A DNA stretch of 64,000 nt from Bacteroidota bacterium. GTDB lineage: Bacteria; Bacteroidota; Bacteroidia; AKYH767-A; OLB10. A model generated the notes under the pieces. The model worked only from the letters and a program-made list of their open reading frames with translations, ran no database searches and was not told the origin of the DNA. Shown here one piece after another: positions 57,309-64,000 of the stretch. The stretch lies in contig JANOXC010000119.1 in assembly GCA_031418215.1 (NCBI GenBank), positions 4,245 through 68,244 on the forward strand, written 5' to 3'. The first letter of the stretch is position 1; each line of letters begins with the position of its first letter. The position numbers and the translations under genes were made by a program.

Positions 57309-58388
57309 CTAAAAATGATAGGCAGTTACCTGTTTATTTAATTTTCCAAAAACAGCTTCTGCCCTGCCCTTATGGGTGTCAGTTACAAAGAGTTGACCAA
57401 AAGTTTCAGCACTTACCAAGGCTAGCAATCTTTCCATTCGCATATCATCCAGCTTTTCAAAGATATCATCCAGTAAAAGAAGCGGCCTTTTATGGGTAAG
57501 TTGCTTTATATATTCGAACTGCGCTAACTTCAGTGAAACCACAAAAGATTTTTGCTGACCCTGTGAGCCAAAACGCCTTACTGATTTACCTCCAATTAAA
57601 AACTCAAGGTCATCTTTATGAATTCCTGCAGTGGTGTGTTGCAGTAACTTGTCACGATGGCTGTGTCGATGTAATAAACTGATTAAATCGCCCTGTTCTA
57701 ACTGTGATTCATAAAGAACTGATGCATCCTCCTGCCCATCCGTTATTATTTGGTAGTAATGATTAAATAATAACTTGAATTCTTCCAAAAATAATTTACG
57801 TGACTGGTAAATTGGTGAAGCATAAGCGTTTAATTGTTCATCCAAAATCTCTAAAGTACCAGTATCCGATGAACGGCTGGCTGCCAATTGTTTTAATAAT
57901 GCATTCCGTTGCTGCAATACACGCTGATAAGCAGTCAGGTTTTGTAAGTAATCTCTATTTACCTGACAAATTATGCTATCTAAAAACTTACGTCGTACCT
58001 CGCTGCTGCCGTTGATCAATTCCTGATCGCCCGGAGCAATCATTACAATAGGGATCAAACCGATGTGATCGGCAATACGTTGATATTCTTTTTGATTGCG
58101 CTTTACTATTTTCTTCTGACCCTGTTTCAAACCACAGTAAATAGCTTCTTCATAACCATCAAGATCAAAAACGCCATGAATAGTGAAGTAATGTTGTCCT
58201 TCCTGTATGTTCAGGCTGTCGGTATTACTGAAATAACTTTTAGAAAGTGAAAGATAATGAATAGCGTCCAACACGTTCGTTTTTCCACTGCCGTTAGGGC
58301 CGGTAAAGCAATTGATTTCTTCACTGAAAGCAAACTCCGCTTCAGTATGGTTTTTAAAATGAAAGAGCTTCAGTTGTTTTAAATACAC
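57309..58388 (-). CDS. recF: DNA replication and repair protein RecF
   Basis: Walker A GPNGSGKTN, GSQGQQKS and LLLDDIFEKLD motifs; GTG start. Confidence 0.97.
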   Translation of the reverse strand: MYLKQLKLFHFKNHTEAEFAFSEEINCFTGPNGSGKTNVLDAIHYLSLSKSYFSNTDSLNIQEGQHYFTIHGVFDLDGYEEAIYCGLKQGQKKIVKRNQKEYQRIADHIGLIPIVMIAPGDQELINGSSEVRRKFLDSIICQVNRDYLQNLTAYQRVLQQRNALLKQLAASRSSDTGTLEILDEQLNAYASPIYQSRKLFLEEFKLLFNHYYQIITDGQEDASVLYESQLEQGDLISLLHRHSHRDKLLQHTTAGIHKDDLEFLIGGKSVRRFGSQGQQKSFVVSLKLAQFEYIKQLTHKRPLLLLDDIFEKLDDMRMERLLALVSAETFGQLFVTDTHKGRAEAVFGKLNKQVTAYHF

Positions 58389-58613
58389 TTTTTTACCTGA
58401 AAGAGTGATGTGGATAAGTCAATTAACTTTAGGAGCAAAGAAAGTAAAGTTTAATCTAAAAATTAAGATCATAGGAAATGATAATTTTTACTTTAAATAA
58501 ACGTTTTGCCATTTAGTTGTCTACTCTTGGAAAAAGCCAAAAATTAACCTCCTATTTTTGGAAACCCCAAAATTGTTAAAAATCAATTAAATTTGATGCT
58601 AAATTAAATATTC

Positions 58614-60218
58614 ATGATATTCAAATTACAAAGCACCTTTGTTTTTCTTTTTTTAGTTAGCAATACATTTGCTCAGCAGCCAATTATTATTGAAAAAACT
58701 GATTTAACCGAGGTGAAGCTATATCAAAACGGAGCTTACATCAGTCGTTCGGCTAAAACACAGTTGAATGAGGGATTTAATGAAGTGGTATTTAAAAATC
58801 TTTCGCCCTATATCAATTCGCAGACCTTAACAGTTAAAGGAATGGGTGATGCAACCATATTAAATGTTTCCTTTAAACAGAATTATCTGAAAGACAAATA
58901 TAAGCCGAAAGAAATTACTATGTTGGAATCCAACCTGGATACGCTTAATTACAAATACCAACAAGTACTCAATACTTCAGCTATTTTAAAAGAGAAAGAA
59001 AGTCTTTTATTGGCTAATAAATCTATTGGTGGTGCCAACAATGGCGTGCTGGCTGATGAGTTAGAGCCGATGATGGATTATTTTTCTGCTAAATTGACTG
59101 AAATTAAAGATGACATGTTAAATAATAGTCTGAAAGAAAAAAAATTGCGTGAGCAAATTGAAAAAATTAAAAATGAACTTAACAATCGTAATAACAAAAA
59201 CAATTTACCTGAAGGAAATATTGTGATTGAAGTAAACGCAAAAGGAAAAGGAAATGCAACATTCGAATTAGGATATTTAATTGCTACAGAGGCTACCTGG
59301 TATAGCTTTTATGATATCAGGACAAAAGACGTCAACAGTCCGGTTCAAATTATATATAAGGCGAAAATCATACAAAATACAGGAGAGAATTGGGAAAACA
59401 CCAAATTACGTCTTTCTACTGCCAACCCACAAGCCGGAAGTGTAAAACCCGAACTTTATCCATGGTATCTCAATTTTAATGTTCCACAAGTTTTATTAAA
59501 AGGCACAAGAGATATGAGACAAAATTATCAAATACAAGGTGATGCTCCTGCAGTAATGTCAACAGCTACACCCGAAATGAAATCAGTTGAGGTTACGTTA
59601 AGCCAAAGTCAATTGAGTAGTGAATTCACTGTTGCAATACCATATACCATCATGAGTGATGGGCAAGAACACCAGGTTGACATACAATCATTTTCACTCC
59701 CTGCTGTTTTTGAATACGTAGCACTTCCCAAACTGGATGTTGATGCTTTTTTAACTGCAAGAATTGCAGGATGGGAAGACCTAAGCCTTACACCCGGTGC
59801 TGCCAATATATATTTTGACGGAGCTTATGTTGGGGAATCTTACATCAATCCTTTAGAGACTGGTGACACGCTTACCCTCTCTTTGGGCAGGGATAAAAAA
59901 ATTATTGTCAAACGTGAAAAACTGAAGGAGTTCAGCAGCTCAAAACTATTCGGCAACATTAAAGAGCGCTCTTTTACTTATGAAATCAGTGTAAAAAACA
60001 CGAAGAAAGAAGCTTTGAATATTGTAATACAGGATCAGGTTCCGATTTCACAGGATAAGGAAATTGAAGTGAAAATAACCGAACTTTCAAATGGTGTTTT
60101 GAATGATGTTACAGGAAAAACAGAATGGCGATTGGCAATACAACCCAATGAAAATAAAAAAGTCCGACTGTCTTACACTGTGAAATTTCCTAAAAACAAA
60201 CAAGTTTCAGGTTTATAG
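58614..60218 (+). CDS. DUF4140/DUF4139 (MuiA-like) secreted protein
   Basis: V.LYQNGA.I, ATWYSFYDIR, QNTGENWENTKLRLSTANP and DQVPIS motifs. Confidence 0.88.
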   Translation: MIFKLQSTFVFLFLVSNTFAQQPIIIEKTDLTEVKLYQNGAYISRSAKTQLNEGFNEVVFKNLSPYINSQTLTVKGMGDATILNVSFKQNYLKDKYKPKEITMLESNLDTLNYKYQQVLNTSAILKEKESLLLANKSIGGANNGVLADELEPMMDYFSAKLTEIKDDMLNNSLKEKKLREQIEKIKNELNNRNNKNNLPEGNIVIEVNAKGKGNATFELGYLIATEATWYSFYDIRTKDVNSPVQIIYKAKIIQNTGENWENTKLRLSTANPQAGSVKPELYPWYLNFNVPQVLLKGTRDMRQNYQIQGDAPAVMSTATPEMKSVEVTLSQSQLSSEFTVAIPYTIMSDGQEHQVDIQSFSLPAVFEYVALPKLDVDAFLTARIAGWEDLSLTPGAANIYFDGAYVGESYINPLETGDTLTLSLGRDKKIIVKREKLKEFSSSKLFGNIKERSFTYEISVKNTKKEALNIVIQDQVPISQDKEIEVKITELSNGVLNDVTGKTEWRLAIQPNENKKVRLSYTVKFPKNKQVSGL

Positions 60219-60292
60219 TTTTTGATTTAAAGTCTAAGGTTTTAATTTAGTTTTCAAAGCTATTAAATACTTAATTTTATCTCCTGGTATTT

Positions 60293-60390
60293 ATACTCAA
60301 TACTCAATACTCAATACTCAATACGCAATACTCAATACTCAATACCCAATACCCAATACTCAATACCCAATACTCAATACTCAATACTCG
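60293..60390. repeat. Heptamer tandem array (ATACYCA)x14
   Basis: 14 units of ATACTCA with ATACGCA, ATACCCA and ATACTCG variants, ending 6 nt from the stop at 60397. Confidence 0.95.
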
Positions 60391-60396
60391 AAAAAG

Positions 60397-60771
60397 TCAC
60401 AAATCAAAACGAACAGGATCTATAAAGCAAGAACTCTTTTTCACTTCCTCCCTTGTGCCATCAGGATATATTACATCCAATTTAACACGTTGCCCCTTTT
60501 TATAATTATCCATTACAACCCTTGTTCCATCTATGTTTAATCTTCCTCTGATAGGCTCACCGGATTGATCATATCGTAAATTTTCTATCCTTTCAACAGG
60601 TTTTTCAAGATTGAACTGATATTGCTTAACTGCTGCTGGTACAAACATAGAATCACTCTTCAGACTCTGTGCAGAAGAATAGGAAAGTCCAATCAATAAA
60701 AAAACAGCAGTCAAATACCAATTTCCCCTCATTCTTTCTTTTGAATAAATTTGCATTGCTAAGGTAGGCAA
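60397..60771 (-). CDS. Hypothetical secreted protein (probable start 60732)
   Basis: Signal peptide from MRGNW; no family recognised. Confidence 0.65.
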   Translation of the reverse strand: MPTLAMQIYSKERMRGNWYLTAVFLLIGLSYSSAQSLKSDSMFVPAAVKQYQFNLEKPVERIENLRYDQSGEPIRGRLNIDGTRVVMDNYKKGQRVKLDVIYPDGTREEVKKSSCFIDPVRFDL

Positions 60772-60878
60772 AGTAATTGGTTAATTGTTATTTGTTAATC
60801 GTTATTGCTAAAAGGTTAGTGCTAAAGGTAAAAATAAGTTAATAGTTAAATATGGTTAATATTTATGTATAGCTTTTC

Positions 60879-62786
60879 ATGAGTATCCAGTCGGAAATAT
60901 TAAAGGAGTATTGGGGCTATTCGGCTTTCCGTCCTTTGCAGGAAGACATTATACATTCTGCTATGGAAGGGATTGATACATTGGCTTTGCTGCCAACCGG
61001 TGGCGGAAAATCAGTTTGTTATCAGGTCCCTGCGCTAACCAAAGAGGGAATTTGCATTGTGATTTCCCCATTGATTGCCTTGATGAAAGACCAGGTAGAG
61101 AATCTCAGGAAAAGGAATATTAAAGCCATGGCATTGGTTTCTGGAATGACTTACCGTGAAATTGACATAGCACTTGATAATTGTGTTTACGGAAACTATA
61201 AATTTTTATATGTATCACCTGAACGATTGGCTTCCGATCTATTTATTGAAAGGATAAAAAAAATGAATATCAATTTGCTTGCTGTTGATGAAGCGCATTG
61301 CATCAGTCAATGGGGACATGATTTTCGCCCACCCTATCGAAAGATTGCCGAGATCAGGCAATATATTCCCAAAGTTCCGGTAATAGCATTAACTGCAACC
61401 GCAACAGCTGAAGTACGTCTGGATATTATTCGTCAGCTGGAATTGGAAAAGCCAAACATATTCACTGCAAGCTTTGCAAGAACCAACCTGACGTATGCTG
61501 CCATACACGCCGAAAACAAATTACAGCGTATGGAAAAAATATTTAGAAATGTACAAGGTTGCGGTATTGTATATGTACGTAACAGAAGAAGAACACAAGA
61601 GATAAGTGATTGGTTGAATAAAAATAAAATCAATGCTTCTTTTTATCATGCAGGTTTACCACGTGAAGTAAGAAACAGCAGGCAAGATGACTGGATGAAC
61701 AATACAACAAGAGTGATTGTGGCGACCAACGCTTTTGGAATGGGGATTGACAAACCAGATGTTAGAATTGTTGTTCATTATGATCTACCTGACAATATCG
61801 AAAGCTATTACCAGGAAGCAGGTCGAGGTGGTCGTGATGGCAAATTAGCATATGCGGTAGCATTGTATAATCAATCTGATTTGCTGGAACTTACAGAACG
61901 TGCTGAAAACGCAGTACCGAAGAAGGAAGAAATTGTACGTGTTTATAATGCCTTATGCAATTATCTGCAAGTTGCATTTCAGTCAGGCATGGGAGAATCG
62001 TATGCATTTGATATAACAAAATTTTCTGCAGCTTACCTGTTACAACCTATACAAACATTAAATTGTTTAAAAATTCTGGAACTGGAAAATTATCTTTCCT
62101 TTACCGAAAATGTATATCTCCCTTCTCGTATTCACTTTGAAATCCAAAGCAAAGAGCTTTATAATTTCCAGGTGGCAAATGTTTATTTCGATCATGTGAT
62201 CAAAACAATACTTCGTTCATGCGAAGGCATTTTCGACCGTTATATCGATATACATGAATCTGATCTGGCTAAGAAAGCAAACATCTCGCTTGACGACTTA
62301 ATCAATCAACTCAAACAACTTCAGCAGTTAAATGTTATTACTTATCAACCTAAAACAGATCAGCCACAAGTTGTTTTTACGCAGCCTCGTGTCGACGGAA
62401 AAGACCTTTTGCTACGGAAGGAGCTCATTCAGGATCGTCAACAACGCTTTAAATTAAATGCAGAGAAATTAAAACGATACATCGTTGATAAAAATCATTG
62501 TCGAAGCCTCATGCTTCTCGAATATTTTGATGAGCGTGCTGAGCAGCGTTGTGGCACCTGTGACTATTGCAGGCAACGCAATAAACTGGAGTTAAGCGAT
62601 TATGAATTCAACACCATTGCCAATAAAATTAAATTAATACTGAATGGCCAATTGCTTTCACCTGATGAATTATGTCGAAAAACAGATGTTTTTAATCAAC
62701 AAAAAGCCACAAGAGTTATGCAATGGATGCTTGATAATAATTTGATTCAAACCAATAGCTTTGGCCAATTATCACTCGTGGAATAA
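60879..62786 (+). CDS. recQ: RecQ-family ATP-dependent DNA helicase (no evident HRDC domain)
   Basis: PTGGGKS, DEAHCISQWGHDFRP and QEAGRGGRDG motifs; C-terminal Zn site CRS...CGTCDYC. Confidence 0.95.
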   Translation: MSIQSEILKEYWGYSAFRPLQEDIIHSAMEGIDTLALLPTGGGKSVCYQVPALTKEGICIVISPLIALMKDQVENLRKRNIKAMALVSGMTYREIDIALDNCVYGNYKFLYVSPERLASDLFIERIKKMNINLLAVDEAHCISQWGHDFRPPYRKIAEIRQYIPKVPVIALTATATAEVRLDIIRQLELEKPNIFTASFARTNLTYAAIHAENKLQRMEKIFRNVQGCGIVYVRNRRRTQEISDWLNKNKINASFYHAGLPREVRNSRQDDWMNNTTRVIVATNAFGMGIDKPDVRIVVHYDLPDNIESYYQEAGRGGRDGKLAYAVALYNQSDLLELTERAENAVPKKEEIVRVYNALCNYLQVAFQSGMGESYAFDITKFSAAYLLQPIQTLNCLKILELENYLSFTENVYLPSRIHFEIQSKELYNFQVANVYFDHVIKTILRSCEGIFDRYIDIHESDLAKKANISLDDLINQLKQLQQLNVITYQPKTDQPQVVFTQPRVDGKDLLLRKELIQDRQQRFKLNAEKLKRYIVDKNHCRSLMLLEYFDERAEQRCGTCDYCRQRNKLELSDYEFNTIANKIKLILNGQLLSPDELCRKTDVFNQQKATRVMQWMLDNNLIQTNSFGQLSLVE

Positions 62787-63398
62787 ATGAAACTCCGAAA
62801 AAGTTTTTATAATAGGGAAAATGTTGTTGAAATAGCATGTGATTTAATCGGCAAAGTGCTGGTAACAAAAATTAATAATATATATACCAGCGGGATTATT
62901 ACAGAAACCGAGGCCTATAATGGCGTATTCGACAAAGCTTGTCATGCGTATAACGGTAGACGTACGGAGAGGACAGAAGTGATGTATAGCGAAGCGGGTA
63001 CTTCTTATATTTATCTATGCTATGGTATTCATCATTTATTTAATGTGGTAACCAATAATAAAAATATCCCTGATGCAATTTTAATAAGGGCAATCTATCC
63101 TTTGGAAGGTATTCAAATGATGATGAAAAGAAGAAATAAAAACAAAGTAGATAAAACCCTTTCAGGTGGTCCTGGAACCGTTGCACAATCGCTGGGATTA
63201 CATACTGGATTAAACGGAACATCATTGTTTCAAAATCAAATTTGGATTGAAGACAGGGGAATTGTAATCAATTCAAAAATAATTAATATCACCCCCCGTA
63301 TTGGTGTTGAAAGCGCAGGTGACGCAGCATTGTTTCCATATAGGTTTGTATTGCCATTTAATTACGTCTCAAGTCTTGTTAAAGAACAGCATGTTTAG
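62787..63398 (+). CDS. mpg: DNA-3-methyladenine glycosylase (MPG/AAG family)
   Basis: ITETEAY, YIYLCYGIHHLFNVV, GPGTVAQSLG and PRIGV motifs; ATG abuts the recQ stop. Confidence 0.93.
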   Translation: MKLRKSFYNRENVVEIACDLIGKVLVTKINNIYTSGIITETEAYNGVFDKACHAYNGRRTERTEVMYSEAGTSYIYLCYGIHHLFNVVTNNKNIPDAILIRAIYPLEGIQMMMKRRNKNKVDKTLSGGPGTVAQSLGLHTGLNGTSLFQNQIWIEDRGIVINSKIINITPRIGVESAGDAALFPYRFVLPFNYVSSLVKEQHV

Positions 63399-63452
63399 AA
63401 TGGAATTCGAATATCTAATGTCTTGGCTCTTGATTCTTACCTCTAAATCATA

Positions 63453-63480
63453 ATTCTGCATTCTTAATTCTTAATTCTGC
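63453..63480. repeat. (ATTCTKM)4 heptamer tract upstream of cdaA
   Basis: ATTCTGC ATTCTTA ATTCTTA ATTCTGC. Confidence 0.7.
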
Positions 63481-63498
63481 ATTTGTTATCTTCGTCAC

Positions 63499-64000
63499 AT
63501 GGAATTATTTCGCATTGGCTTCCTGAGTATTCGATTACTTGATATTCTAGACATCCTGCTAGTTGCCTTCCTACTATTCAAGATCTATGAATTGCTGAAA
63601 GGAACTTCGGCTATGAATGTTTTTATCGGCATTGTAGCTATTTATATATTATGGTGGTTATTTGTAAAGGTCTTCGAGATGCAGTTACTAGGTGCCATAC
63701 TCGGACAAGTAATGAGCGTTGGTGTGCTGGCCCTTATAATTGTCTTTCAACAGGAAGTGCGTCGATTTTTAATCTTATTGGGATCCAATAGCCTTATTGG
63801 AAAAAACATCATACCCAAGAAAATATTCAGTTGGAGTTATAATCCAAAAGAAGTAACTTCTTTGAATATTGCTCCTATTGTAAAAGCCTGTTCATCAATG
63901 GCCAAAACAAAAACAGGTGCTTTGATAGTCATAGCCCGTACCACGGACATGAAATTTTATGAAAGTACGGGCGACCTAATGGATGCAGATGTTTCCAAGC
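63499..64000 (+). CDS. cdaA: Diadenylate cyclase CdaA/DacA (5' part; runs off the right edge of the window)
   Basis: Not in the ORF track. My translation from ATG 63499 gives MELFRIGFLSIRLLDILDILLVAFLLFKIYELLKGTSAM...IVFQQEVRRFL...KTKTGALIVI; three TM helices then the start of a DAC domain. Confidence 0.9.
   Translation, partial: MELFRIGFLSIRLLDILDILLVAFLLFKIYELLKGTSAMNVFIGIVAIYILWWLFVKVFEMQLLGAILGQVMSVGVLALIIVFQQEVRRFLILLGSNSLIGKNIIPKKIFSWSYNPKEVTSLNIAPIVKACSSMAKTKTGALIVIARTTDMKFYESTGDLMDADVSK

Noticed and set aside
46717-60390. Tandem arrays at 46717 and 60293 as CRISPR arrays
   Set aside because: Units are 7-8 bp with no spacers, and there are no cas genes.

Overview
AT-rich chromosomal segment from a free-living-type Bacteroidota bacterium. 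The assignment rests on TAnnTTTG promoter boxes, no obvious Shine-Dalgarno sites, type A and B T9SS C-terminal domains, and N-terminal carboxypeptidase-regulatory-like domains. About 31% of the window (3090-22949, minus strand) is one uninterrupted 6619-aa secreted protein. From N to C it reads: signal peptide; 14 RCC1-like blades; Ig-like domains; a long beta-helix; FN3-like domains; two ~870-aa duplicated modules, each with a ~400-aa cassette resembling myophage virion/tail repeats; two NDDC/DDDVW-type domains, one with a third phage-like insert; Ig repeats; a subtilase-fold protease with Glu where His is expected; IPT and MBG domains with an inserted NA[RK]NLI hexapeptide array; Dictyostelium-type Cys repeats; and a non-canonical C-terminal domain. 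This protein is the best candidate for an undescribed system. The rest is mostly housekeeping: purL, mtgA, recF, recQ, mpg, partial cdaA, phosphohexomutase, lipid metabolism genes, an M16 peptidase, a TonB receptor and T9SS cargo. Notable extras are two tandem GT-C-like membrane paralogues, a probable pseudo-esterase beside the TonB receptor, a possible doubled GldN-like protein, and intergenic 7-8-bp tandem tracts and REP-like palindromes with a consistent strand polarity. I saw no rRNA, tRNA, CRISPR array, integrase or transposase. All family calls come from motif recognition by eye; no database search was run, and domain boundaries are approximate.
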